From Dipteris shenzhenensis (Eukaryota), in assembly GCA_047967505.1 (NCBI GenBank), contig CM106538.1: a DNA stretch of 64,000 bases; one strand, 5' to 3'. Shown here piece by piece: positions 51,007-64,000 of the stretch. The notes below the pieces were generated by a model, which saw only the letters and a list, made by a program, of their open reading frames with translations, was not told the DNA's origin and searched no databases. Numbering within the stretch: position 1 is the first letter of the stretch; each line of letters starts with the position of its first letter. A program made the translations under genes and the position numbers.

Positions 51007-51803
51007 CAAAGTTAAGGTGAGCAAGGGAGAGAGCAAGGAGGTGGAGAGTGGTGTAGAGGATGCAGCGGGCAGTAAGGAGGGAGGGGGAGCAATGGGATGT
51101 TAGTTAGATTCAAGTTCCAAGTCATCTTTCTCTCAATTCATAGCAATCTAAAAATTCATGTAGTCAAAATGAGTGTTCCCACTTAAAAATAGCTCAATTG
51201 AATTTGCAAGGTGCTTTAAAAATTAGATAGTGGGTGTTAAAATTCCAACTATTTTTCTTTGTAAGAAAACAAATACAAAGGTAGAACATCATAACAAATT
51301 GCTAAATGAATTTTCAAATAAAATAATTTGCTTGGTCAATGGTTATTATTGCATAACTATTTTCTTTTTAGTACATGTAATAGTATGCATGAAGGAATAA
51401 CATGAGCTAGATAGGTAGGTTCCAATATCTATTTGCTTTGTTGTAATATTTGAATCAAGTATACAAATTCAAAAACCTATAAATACATTTATCCAATTGC
51501 AAAATCAAAGTTCAATTTAGAGTCATGTTTCTCTAAATTTGCACCATATGCAAAATCCTAAATTGTGCATACTTAGAATGAGTTTGTAAGGTGCTTGGAT
51601 TTAAAACTAGGATGGACATGAATATTATTATTTCCCACATTAAAATACTATGCATTGATCCTTGCATAGGAGTACTTAATAAATTGGATACAATTTTGTT
51701 TTCTGGAGACAATGTCCTACTAGAAACATTTGGTTATTTGTTTAAAAGAAATTTCTTAGACTTTAGTGTCAGATCTGAATTTATAAGGAGCTGATCTTAT
51801 TAT

Positions 51804-54800
51804 TGTTGAGATATCGAGCTCCACTCGAGATATGCCAGGGTGACCGTTGTGTACTTATGTCATCGACTTGTTAGCTGGAGATGCGGTTGGTACGCCGCCC
51901 ACGAATAATAGCTGGATGACAGCTATCCTTATCTACTATAGTTTGTGGCTCAGTTAGTATGCCACCTTAGTTAGTTGAGTTTGGTTTGAGACCCACATAT
52001 AGGGTTCTTCTATTTCTTTGTACTAGAGTTCTTTTGGCTTTCACAACTAAGAAGAGGAAAACTGTTTTTCAGCCTCCACCTTCGTGTGTATTCCCCCATT
52101 GTGCATGTGAGAAAGCCTCAAGTGAGACTCCTTCCCTCTCTCCCACAATCTTCACATGGTATCAGAGCCTTGTTCGTGGTAAGGAGCTCAAGAAAGCAAG
52201 CCAAGTTCATGGTGTCCTGGTAAGAGGACCAGTGTTGCTTTCCTATTTCGAGTTTGGGAGCAAATCTCTGCAGGTAGCACAGCCAGAAGTGCAGGAGTGC
52301 ACTGTTTCAGATTGAGACGCCCTTCGCGGTGTGACTTTATTTTTCTGATTTGAGGCCGTTTCGGGGCCCGTTTTGAAGGCGGAAGTTCTTCGCAGGCACT
52401 CAAAAAAAGGCCCTATTTTTTGCTATGCGACCACTGCGCGACTAGTCGGTGGAAAGGTGCCGCGCAGAAATTGCATCGTATGCCTGTGTGCAGAGATATT
52501 GGGAGTTGCAGATTCATGCCTATTGCCTGTTGATGCAAAATCGTCACTAGGAAGTGACTGTGTGGTGAAATACCACTCTCGTCGGTTTTGCAGATCTGCC
52601 CGTGTGAGGCAGAAGCTGTGTTTTTTGCAGTGACAGAATATTTTGCAGTGTTCTATAATGGCATCTGATTCTCTTTCACAGATTGTCACTGAAAAGCTTG
52701 ACAAGAACAACTTCCAGGCATGGAAGTTTAGAATGACGAATTTCTTGATGGGAAAAGGCTATTGGGAATTCATTACAGGAAATGAAGAAGAACCTGTTCT
52801 TCCTAATGTTCCCAGTCAACAGGAAATGCAGGCATTCAAAGGATGGCATGAGAGAGCCAGGAAAGTTATGTACTGGCTGTCTATCAGTATTTCGGACTCC
52901 ATGATTGTGCATATTCAGGATGCAAATACGCCAAAGGAGGCATGGGATACTTTGGCAAAAATGTATAGCACAAATACGCAAGCCAGGAAAATGCAACTCA
53001 AACAGGAGTTGCACAATGTGCAGAGAGAAAATTTGAGCATAAATGACTACCACATGAAAGTGAAGAAAATTGCAGATGCACTTGCTTCCATTGGGTCGCC
53101 AGTGGATGATGATGATTTGGTTTCTGTGACCTTGAATGGTCTAGGAAAGGATTATGCACAGTTTCGGACATCGATTGCCGTCCGTGAAAACTTTCCTGAT
53201 TTTGAGGAGTTGATTGCTCTTCTAATTCCTGAAGAGCAGAGAAATGGGGGTGCATCTTCTTCAGCAGGAACTTCAAAAGAAACTGTCTTCTACTCAAATG
53301 CTGGAGGTAGAGGTAGAGGAGGCCGATCTGCAGGCCGTGGTAGAAATCAGAATATGCAGCAAACGCAAGAAAACCAGTCCTATGCAGGAGGACGTGGTAA
53401 CTCTAGAGGCAAGGGGAGCCAAAGAGGCCGTGGTGGATGGCAGAGAAGCCAAAATGCAAACAGCAATGTTGAATGCTACTATTGTGGCAAAATGGGTCAT
53501 ATGGCTAAAGACTGCTACAAAAAGCAGAATGACATTATGAGTGGAAAATTGCAGCAAGGCAATTATGCATCCTCTAGTAGACAGGGCGATGACAGAAATG
53601 AGCATTTGTTTATGGTGCAGCATATGACAAATTCTGTAACAAGTGCAGAAGAAAGCAATGATGTGTGGTATGTTGACTCGGGTGCATCAAACCACATGAC
53701 AGGTCACGCTGAATGGATGCAGGATGCAAGAAAAATGGAAAAACCAGGATTTGTGGAGACTGGTGATGATACTGTACATCCTATTGTGCAGATTGGCAAA
53801 ATTCCTTTGTCTATGCAGGATGGGAAAAAGAAATACTTGTCTGATGTATTTCATGTCCCGAACATCACCAAGAACCTGGTTTCTGTTGGTCAAATGGTTG
53901 AGCAGGGCTTGCAGGTTAGATTTAATCCTCATGGATGCTTTGTTGAGGATATGAAAAATAACGGTCGCTTGATAGCAAAAGGAAAGAAGAAGGGCAGGAT
54001 GTTTACGTTGGATGCAGACATGCCTGAATTGAGTGCAGCAATGTTTGCACATGGGACCGGTGTAGTTGCAGATATTGATATCTGGCACAAACGCATTGGT
54101 CATGTTAATATACAGCGACTAAAATCAATGCAAGCCCAAAATATTGTTGCAGGATTGCCTAAATTTAAGGTTGCAGAAATGCACAAGGTTTGTGAAGCCT
54201 ATCAATTTGGGAAACAGGCAAGGAAACCTTTTCCTAAGCATGTTCAAGAGAGTAAAAAGCCATTGGAATTAATCCACTCTGATGTGTGGACTACAAAAGC
54301 TGCATCTATTGGAGGCTGTCACTATTTTGTCACATTTATTGATGACTTCAGCAAAAAACTGTGGGTGTATTTTATGAAAAAGAAAAGTGAAGTGTTTGGG
54401 CACTTCAAAGCTTTCAAAGCTATGGTTGAAAAAGAAACAGGCCTGCAAATAAACTGCCTAAGGTCAGATGGAGGGGAGAGTACCTCTCAAATGAGTTTGC
54501 AAGGTTTGCAGGAGCATGGTATAAAGCAGCAATATTCATACAGTCATACCCCACAGCAAAATGGAATTGCAGAAAGAAAAAACAGGCATATTGGAGAGGT
54601 ATCTCGGGCTATGCTAAATGAAAAAGATCTACCAGATTATTATTGGGCTGAAGCAGTTGCTACAGAAGTCTATATAATGAACAGGACTCCCACTACAGCA
54701 ATACATGGCATGACGCCAGAGGAGATGTATACTGGTAGGAAACCAGAAATTTCTCATTTGAAGATTTTTGGTTGCATTGCCTATGTCCATGTGCCAGATG

Positions 54801-57331
54801 AGTTGAGGTCCAAGTTGGATCCAAAAGTTGAGAAGTGCATCTTTATTGGTTATTCTCTGCAGCAGAAAGGGTATAGATGCTATAACCCTTCTACACGTAA
54901 GTTCACAGTGAGTAGAGATGTTGTTTTTGATGAGATGAGCAGCTGGTATAAACCAGTAAATGTGATGATTGATGTAGATGCACAAAATGGTATTGCTGCA
55001 CAGAATTCACAGCAGCAATCACAAAATATCAGTGGACCTGCAGTGTCCTCTAGCAGTGGTTCACATACTTCACCATGGACAGGTAGATTGAGATCAGGAG
55101 AATCTCCTCAAAGCAATGCAGATAGTGGTATCACGAAAAGGAAAAGAGAAGGTAGATCAGCCCATGTTTGATGTGAATGCAAGTCACTCTTATGTGGATG
55201 GTGAATCCAGTGGCTCAGAACAGAGCATTGATGATGAGTTGGGTATTCCTTCTGTTGTTACACCTGGAGTAAGGAAGACCAGGGATGTTTTGAGAGCACC
55301 TGGAAGTGAGCCTATTTTGCGCAGGTCTACCAGGGTTAGGTATCCTGTGGATAGGCTAAAATATGATGGATTTACAGCCATTCACTATGCCTATATGGTC
55401 AAAGTGATACAGGAACCAGAACCCACTTCTTTTGAGCAAGCCATGGGAAATGAAAAATGGGAGAAAGCCATGGATGAAGAAATGGATGCCTTGGATGCTA
55501 ATGCTACATGGGAATTGGTGCCTTTGCCTAAAGGCAAGAATGCAATTGGTTGTAAGTGGGTTTATAAGATCAAGCACAATGCAGATGGTTCTGTGAATAG
55601 ATACAAGGCAAGATTAGTTGTCAAGGGGTATGCACAAACATATGGCATTGATTATGAAGAAACTTTCAGCCCGGTTGCAAGGATGGCAACCGTAAGAGCA
55701 GCCATTGCTATGGCTGCATCAAAGGGATGGTCTTTACATCAGATGGATGTAAAGAATGCCTTCTTGCATGGTGATTTGCAAGAAGAGGTCTTTATGGAGC
55801 AGCCAGCAGGTTATGTTCATGCTACTCATCCTGAGTTTGTTTGCAGGTTGAAGAAAGCCTTGTATGGCTTGAAGCAAGCACCTAGAGCATGGTCTGACAA
55901 GATAGGACAGTATCTTGTCACTATTGGCTTTCAGATTTCCAAGGCAGATTTCTCACTCTATGTGAGAAAAACAGAGAAAGGGATTATGCTGCTGGTCATT
56001 TATGTTGATGATTTGATCATCACAGGTGATAGTGATGAAGATATCCTTCATGTGAAAATGCTATTGAGGCAGAAGTTTGAGATGAAGGATTTGGGAGAGC
56101 TGCGTTATTTCTTGGGCATTGAGGTGATTAGATCACCAAGTGGGATACAGCTCTTGCAGAGGCAGTATGGATTGCACATGCTGTCCAAATATGGGATGAG
56201 AGGCTGTAAGCCTATTTCAGTTCCTTTGGAGCAGAATGTGAAGCTGAGCACAGATGCAGGTGAGCTTCTGGAAGACCCTACTATGTACAGACGCATAGTA
56301 GGAAGTTTGATTTACATGATTATTACCAGGCCATATTTGAGCTATGCTGTTGGGTTGGTAAGTCAGTTTATGCAGGCTCCAAGGAAACCGCATTTGGATG
56401 CGGCTAGACGCATACTCAGGTATGTGAAGTCCACATTGCAGTATGGACTATTTTATGAGGCTGGGGTTCAGATACAGTTGCATGGATACACTGATGCTGA
56501 TTGGGCTGGTAGCATTTCTGATAGACGATCTACCAGTGGATATGTGTTCTCTTTTGGGAGTGCTGCAGTCACTTGGAGCAGCAAGAAACAGCCTACAGTT
56601 GCCTTGTCGAGCACAGAGGCTGAGTACAGGGGTGCAGCAATAGCTGCATGTGAGGTAGCTTGGTTGCATAAGCTACTCTATGATATGCATCAGGCAGTCT
56701 ACAGATGGGTCGGTTGTCATTTATTGTGACAACATGAGCAGTATACACTTGGCTATACACTTGGCAAAGAACCTAGTCTTTCATGCCAGAACAAAGCACA
56801 TTGAGGTGCATCATCACTATGTGCGGGAGAAGGTTTTACTAGGTCTTATTGATCTAGTTTATGTCAGCACAGAGGATCAGGTAGCTGACATATTCACGAA
56901 AGCATTGGGCGCAGAGAAGCTGCGCAAGTTCAGAGACCTGCTTGGTGTGCAGGATTTGGGATTGAGCTCGAGGGGGAGTGTTGAGATATCGAGCTCCACT
57001 CGAGATATGCCAGGGTGACCGTTGTGTACTTATGTCACCGACTTGTTAGCTGGAGATGCAGTTGGTACACCGCCCACGAATAATAGCTGGATGACAGCTA
57101 GCCTTATCTACTATAGTTTGTGGCTCAGTTAGTATGCCACCTTAGTTAGTTGAGTTTGGTTTGAGACCCACATATAGGGTTCTTCTATTTCTTTGTACTA
57201 GAGTTCTTTTGGCTTTCACAACTAAGAAGAGGAAAACTGTTTTTCAGCCTCCACCTTCGTGTGTATTCCCCCATTGTGCATGTGAGAAAGCCTCAAGTGA
57301 GACTCCTTCCCTCTCTCCCACAATCTTCACA
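51804..57331 (+). mobile_element. Young full-length Ty1/Copia element V; 353-bp LTRs at 51804-52156 and 56979-57331
   Basis: TSD ATTAT on both sides; iMet PBS 52157-52168; PPT GAGGGGGAG; ~4 LTR mismatches seen. Confidence 0.97.
52658..57018 (+). pseudogene. Copia gag-pol polyprotein with frameshifts near 55130 and 56700
   Basis: EKLDKNNFQAWK, CYYCGKMGHMAKDC, WYVDSGASNHMT, integrase, YVDDLII, DADWAG, HARTKHIEVH across three long ORFs. Confidence 0.93.
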
Positions 57332-59599
57332 ATTATTTCAATCAAAATAGATATTTCAATAATGTTTCTTAACCTTCATTTAAGTTGGCATGGAGACATG
57401 CTGGGGTAAGAATAATTAATTCAAATGAGAACCTACATTATGAGGAAAAAATGTGATGGCTCCATAGAAACAAAGGGGACTAAAATTTCACGTAAGTCCA
57501 ATTTTCAATTTATAGAGTTTGAGGGCTAGAAGTTGGAGTAGGGTAAAATAATAATGCTTATCTGTTTTTTGTTGTGACATGGATCTTCAATACATTCAAC
57601 CATAACACATTATAACAAAAAACCAGCATGGATCTAAGTATTTCATAGTGATTCATGAAAAACATGAATGAGAACATGAATAATGGAATTGCAAATCTAT
57701 AATGTGGTAGCATGATGGGAAACCTACCACAATCTAGAGAATCACATGAGATAACAATAGGAGACCCTATCATGAAAGATAAGTTGAGATAACAATAGGA
57801 GAGCCTAGCATGAAAGATAAGTTAAGATAATGCATGAGCCTATGAAGCTTTGTAGAGGCTTGGTGATAGACACACTCAATTAACATCTAGAGCTAATGAG
57901 AAGAGAAGATGTGATCATGAGTTGTTGAGGATTTGCATAGGGAGTAAGTTGAGTCCTAGGCTATTGTTGGGAGAGGGGGGCGTGTAACATTGGTATTGAA
58001 CAAGGGCTTTGCTATTAGTAGCTAGAAATTCTGATTGAGGTTAAGTCACTTTAGAGTTGACAAGCTTGAACATTCATTGTGGCAGGCCTGTATTTACTAA
58101 TTAGAGCTCTACATACAGGCAACAAGTTCATAGAGTAGCAAACACATGGATAAAAATCTCAACAATCAAGCATAAAAATTAATTAATGTGGAAAGTTTAA
58201 GGAGCAAGGTCTTAGGAGTTAGGCTTTTACATCTTCAATACTTGGATGTAAAAGAGTGTTTTAGACCATTGTGAGCTTTTGGACTCTTTTAGCATTCAAA
58301 TCTATGCTATGCTTTATTGTACCCTAGGCTTTATGAACTACATTGTGCAACACTTCTTCTTTAAATTCATAGCATTTCCTTTTGACAATGTATGTCCATC
58401 AAAGGGTCTTATCTTGCTCAACTTATCTTCTTTCAGTTTCTCAATTGAAAACATATTATCTTGTTTGTCATAGCTTTGTGTCTCCCTTGTATAAATATAT
58501 GTGCACTTCCACAATTTTGAGACGGCCTTGAAGTGTCACGAGTATTTACAACTTTCTTAGTTTTAATTTAAAATATGGATGTAACTTGTTTTCTAATGAA
58601 CGCATGTTTGCAATGCAACATAGAGATCACTTACACATGGAGGACATATGACAAATTGGCTCCACAAGAAAAATTTGCACTAAAAAAAGGGACTCAATAG
58701 ACTCAGACCACAGAATAAGGTGCTATTTTGAGAAGTGGATAGCAAAGATGAAGAGTAAGGAAAATTGCTGAACAAGAAGATACCAAGTTTGAGAACAAGG
58801 AATGAAAGAGTCTTTAAAGGAATGAGAATTGAAGGTATCCTTGAAAGGGCAAAGTATGGTGCTGCAAGTCTAAGGTGGATTCCCATACAATGAATGAGTG
58901 TCGATTGGGTAAGTAATACAACATTTGCCATTGCTTGGGCCACACGACCAGAGTGTGTTGGATTAACAAGCACAAAATAACTATAGATGGCCATCAAGTG
59001 GAAAGAGAGACCAGAAGACCCTACTAAGGGGACAATAAGCCAAACTCAACATGCTACTTCTATGGCAAGGAAGGCCACCACAAGAGCAAATGCCAGTTGT
59101 GGAACAAGCACTTGTACATGCTATAAAAGGCATGTGACCAATATGATTGTGCATTGATGGCATGAGTGCTAGCAAAAATGGATACACCATGATCACAAGC
59201 AACGAGTCCAAAGAAGTCAAATGAGAAAAGAATTGCTGGAAGGAAGGGAAGAAAATGGAAAATAAAATTTGAAATCAACCACACCCTTAAACAAGAAGAT
59301 CCCCTCATGGAGATAGGGGAGCCATTGTGTCGCCAAGCAAGGACCAACCGATCAAAGGAATTGGAGAATAGAAAAATAGAGGATGGAAATGAATCAAAGA
59401 GAAAGGATGAACTAGAAGGAAAAATAGTGTATAATCAAGTCCATATAATCTAAGAGAAATTTCAAGAATTGAACATGATGATTTCCATTAGCCAAGTATT
59501 GGAACTTTCTTGCCACTATGCAAAGTTTTTCCAATGCCCAACAATAAGACATGACTTGCTACAAAGCCATTGGCCACAAGGGTGGAGGTGACTAGAAGT

Positions 59600-61150
59600 A
59601 AACATCATCTTTGAGGAAGTCCAAAAGAGGATCAAGTTGAAAAACTTGAAGCCTTATCTATTCAAAATTCATATGATGGATCAAAGGTTGGTGATGCCGA
59701 CATGCATGTTCAAGGATGTATGCATCAAAATTAGGAGGGCATGCTTCACAAACATATCAAGATGTAGAGTGAATAGGGATACCCCATGCTATTGCAATGA
59801 CCATTGCTGAAATGTGCCAAGGTACTACACAATTGGCATGATTGGTGCCAAAGTATTGGATGATTGGGAGGGACCCTCATCATTGCACACAATGGTCAAT
59901 ATATCTAAACATCGATGGGCAAAAGCAATCCAATCTTGAGTCATTGAAATTAAAAGATGCATATGCCTCATACATTTAAAATTATATAGTCACTTTCAAC
60001 ATTGGGCCCCTTTTCAATGATTGACTTGATGTTAGTAGCCACCAAGATGCTAGTGGAAGACAACGAGCCCAAGATTGCCTTCCTAAAAGGTTTTGTAGTG
60101 GATGAAGAGTTACACAGAGTAGTCCAAGAAGATATAGCCTACTAGATCACATGAATTGGGAAAGTGCGATAGCAGCGGGTGGCTAGATTATGAAAGAGAA
60201 AACTAGCAAAGAAATCAATGTGCATTTGTAGGAAGCATTGAAGTTGATCCAAATAAAAAAAGGACTACCACAACTCTTGCAAGAGATGGAAATAAAAGCT
60301 CGTATCCTTAGGAATTTAAAATGGACCTAATATTTCATGTGCATGTGGATGCATTTGGGATGGTAATTGGGTCATTATGGCTCAACCAAATGAGAGCTTG
60401 GATTTCCCCATGTACTGTGTGAGCTGAATGTTTCAATGGAGAAGATGAACTATTCAACTATTAAAAGGGAAGCACTTGGGATGGTGTACAATTTTGAAAA
60501 GATAAACTATTTGACTATTGAAAGGGAAGCACTTGGGGATGGTTTACAATGTTAAAAGGCTTAAGCACTAGCTTTAATCCAGACTACCAAGTGTTGCTAT
60601 ACCTCATTAACAAATCAATGATGAAGCCAAACTTGATCAGATGGACACTATTGCTACAAAGTTAAATTTCAAAATCATCCACAAGCCTAGTTTTTCTCAC
60701 CGATTAATTGTTCGGCACCAAAGGTAAGAAACCCAACAAAGGGATGGATAATAGTCTTCCCACTGTCAAACTGCATGTGGTGTCAATTTATTAGGATAAG
60801 CATAAAGAGATCATGCATTATCTATCTATGGGAACAATGAACATTCCTTGAAGATGTAGCCATAGATTATTGGCAAAGGATAACTCAGAGATCCTACAAC
60901 CACAAATTGACAGAGGCAACCACTTCTACCCAAGAAGGGTACATGGTCCTATAGTAATGCATCTTTTTGTATGAAAAAGAAATCATCATGGATGAAGTGC
61001 ATCAAGGCAAGGTCGAAGATCAATTTCCCACCAAATTCATAATCCAAAAAATCCTAAGAGCAGGGCTATGTGAAATACCATCTATGCACATGTTGCAAAC
61101 ATTGTAAGATTGTGATGCACACCAACAAGTCAAAAGTCCCACCTTCCCAA
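59600..61150 (+). mobile_element. Very degenerate Ty3/Gypsy pol relic
   Basis: FHVHVDAF (~60333), NYSTIKREALGMVY (~60448), EVHQG (~60994); no long ORFs. Confidence 0.65.
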
Positions 61151-61289
61151 GATTAGATGCTTGAGCAGTGGACTTCTGATAAGCAAGAAAATCCTAAAAG
61201 AAGGAGGCCAAGGCATTAAAAACCAAAGAAGCTTAGCACACCAAAGCAAGCACCAAAAGAATAGTGCTAAAGTTGACAAAGTGAACAAT

Positions 61290-64000
61290 GATCAAGTGGA
61301 GAAAGAAAACATTAAAAAGGAAAGAAGCTCAAACACCAAAGAAAGCATCAAATGAACAATGGTGAAGTTGACATAGCGAACAACAATTGTGTCGAGAAAG
61401 AAAATATCGAGTTCAAGAGCCTAGGTCGGCATATTGGAAGCCCAAGACAACAATTATTTCAGACAAGGTCCATGTTGCCATGTCCAAACTGACAAAGGTC
61501 CAAACTCACGAGCAAGGGAAAAGACATCTTCAAGGACGTTTGGTGGCACCATGACAATTAGGCAAGGATAGAAGAGCTCCTATCAATGCTGACCCACCCA
61601 ATGGAACCCGTTAGCCCAAAATTTGGATTATAAGATGACATCAAAGGAAGAGGGTCATCTACATTGACAACCCAAGGATCATTTCTAAGGCCACCTCCAC
61701 CAAACTCCAAGTGCCAAAATGAACCAAGGTGGGGACACGAGGCACAGAGGCAAGAAGAGATTGTGGCCAAGTTCAATTGGAGAAGTAAGGGCACAAGAGC
61801 TTTGAGAGTAGGATCGAAGGTGGTGGGTGTCCTTGAAGGAGGAACCCATAGAGTTTGATATACCCTCAATTCCCACTATGCTAAGAACCTAACAACAAAC
61901 CTTGCTCACCATGCATCAATCAAGATAGAGAGAAGTCCAAATGAGGGGAATAGCTTCTCCAATATTCCTCACCATCTCATTGAATATCAAGTAGGCTTGG
62001 CAAAGGGCAATCAAGATTTTCATTGAAAAGGCAAACAAATTTTAGGAGGTGGTGGCAAACAAATCAACATATGAGTAGGTTTATTTGAGCGTGTTTTTCA
62101 AGAGATTTAAAAAATTGTCTTCTTTAGGAAACATGATTTTTACACCTTTATTTTCACTAGAACTAGATCCCTTTATCATAAAAATATAGAGACTAGTCAC
62201 TCATTCATTTTTACATAAAATAAATTTTCTTATTCATAAATAGCCCTCTGTGCCCCTGTTATTACCTAAAAAAAGTGTTGAAAAATAATTCCTTTATGAA
62301 ACATCCCTCATAATCACTTTCAATGTAATAATATTATACAAATATAATTACTTATTAAACACATTTATATGAATATGACAAAACCTTTCTAGTGTTTTTA
62401 TAGCATAATTAACAAGATATTTATGAATATGTTTCTAAAGAAGTTTAAATTACTATAAATAAGTATTAACTTGGGCTTATATATCACTCTCATAAAATAC
62501 ATGTAATATTTAATACTATATATGCAAGTTTTTCCAAAATATAACCCCATAGATGTGCTCAAATGGATTTTTTGATCAATTTGAGTGGCTGAATGACTAT
62601 ATTTAGACATTGGATGTGAAAGTTATGTCACTTTTAAAAGTGCTAAACTACCTTGGAAGACCTACTTCAAAGAGGTTTCGCTGGCGAAACTACCTTGATG
62701 GCTTGCTTCAATGAGGTTTCTTTGGAGAAAACCTTACATGAAGATAGGTTGAGAGAGGGTTTTCAACGTCACCCCCTATTAAGTAAAAGTTGTAAGGAGC
62801 ATAAGGGAATTTTAATAGAGAAGTCTACTCTACATGTGGGTTTCTTCAAACGCCATCCCATTACCATGGATGATTTTTTCAAGTTAGTTTCATTAATAAG
62901 CTAAACTTTTATATTCATGTCAAAAGTTTGTATGCCTTAATAAAATAAACTTTTGAAAAATTCGACAAGATTTGAAACTTTTATGCAAAAAAAAGTAAAG
63001 TTTCGCTTGGTTTTTACATTTTTTACTTCAAAATTCAAAAGGAAATATATAATAGTATACTACATTCTATCAATATTGTGAAACTGAAAAAGGGAGCTCA
63101 ATAAACTTTTGCCAGGATTTTATATTAATTTATAATCATAGCTTCGATAAAACATCCATGCCCATTATGTTACTCACCATTCCCAAAGATTCATGTAAAG
63201 ATTTGTATATAAAATAGGAATTGCTATAATACTTTGCATATTTCTAAGTGAAACTATGTTTTCTTCCGATCCATTTTTGCCATATTTTTACATAGTTGGA
63301 AGGCTTTTTTTTTCCTTCGCTCGAATACTTGAAAGATTTCGCTCAAAAAATGGCTGTCCCCATGGACAAAGAGGTCAACTAATACTACAACAACTATAGC
63401 TTCGTGTTCCAATAAGAACATACTCTACCACATCCTAGAAAAATTCCTTCTCCTAGAGTGGCAGATACAAGGACAAGCATAGTAAAGAGCAACCTATGCT
63501 TCCTTTAGAGATACTAAAAACAATAACAAAGGGACACAATGCAGGTGGTCTAGGAACTAGTAGTGCCAATTCCAAAAGTAGATGAAGCCTGAAAGGAGGC
63601 CAGTGCATTAAATTAGAAAGTCAAGAAACTCAATCAGTGGAGCAAGTAAGAATAGAACCAAGACAATAGAGAGAACAATGTCCAGATGGAGAAAGAAAAC
63701 ATTAAATTGAAGACCCAATAGCTAGCATATTAGAAGCCCAAGTTGACAATGACTCAAACAAGGTCCCTGTCTCTAACTCCAAACTAGCAAAAGGACAAAC
63801 ATGACTCATGAGTGAGGGGATAAACATATTCAAGGGAGTTTTTCACCACCACAAAAAATTAAAGCGAAAGTAGAAGAGATCCTACCATTGTTGATCCCAC
63901 CCACTAGAGATTATTATCCCGAAACCTTGATGATAAGATGGGTGAAGGTGGAGTGGGTATGATAGGAGGGGCCTCTACATCAATGATCCAAGTACATCAT
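61290..64000. repeat. Diverged direct repeat pair, ~61290-61700 and ~63680-64000
   Basis: Colinear shared blocks TGGAGAAAGAAAACATTAAA, ATATT.GAAGCCCAAG, ACAAGGTCC, TAGAAGAG.TCCTA.CA.TG.TGA.CC. Confidence 0.7.

Noticed and set aside
52676-56669. Antisense ORFs over Copia V pol and ORFs within LTRs
   Set aside because: Shadow frames of coding or LTR sequence with no independent motifs.
47960-63717. 21-bp exact match AAACATTAAATTGAAGACCCA at ~47960 and ~63697
   Set aside because: AT-rich with no flanking homology; probably chance.

Overview
Eukaryotic, plant-type, transposon-saturated window with no intact host gene. A PLS-class PPR remnant and the TE families suggest a large-genome land plant, possibly a fern or lycophyte (inference). 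Contents in order: (i) a ~20-kb decayed Sola2-like DNA transposon (transposase with a 90-bp intron, internal ~189-bp and ~105-bp tandem arrays, palindromic subterminal motifs) holding two nested Copia elements, one carrying a processed sugar-transporter (STP) fragment; (ii) a nested Gypsy/Copia cluster; (iii) two copies of an unusual Gypsy family ('X'); (iv) three related gag-only LTR elements; (v) a young near-intact Copia; (vi) LINE and Gypsy relics. The top finding is family X. It has no canonical tRNA PBS and carries an antisense tRNA-like cassette just inside the 5' LTR. An operon-like chain of small ORFs coupled by TAATG/TGATG overlaps precedes gag, including a free-standing archaeal-type RNase H, while the pol RNase H has lost its catalytic residues. 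All calls come from reading the sequence by eye; no searches were run.
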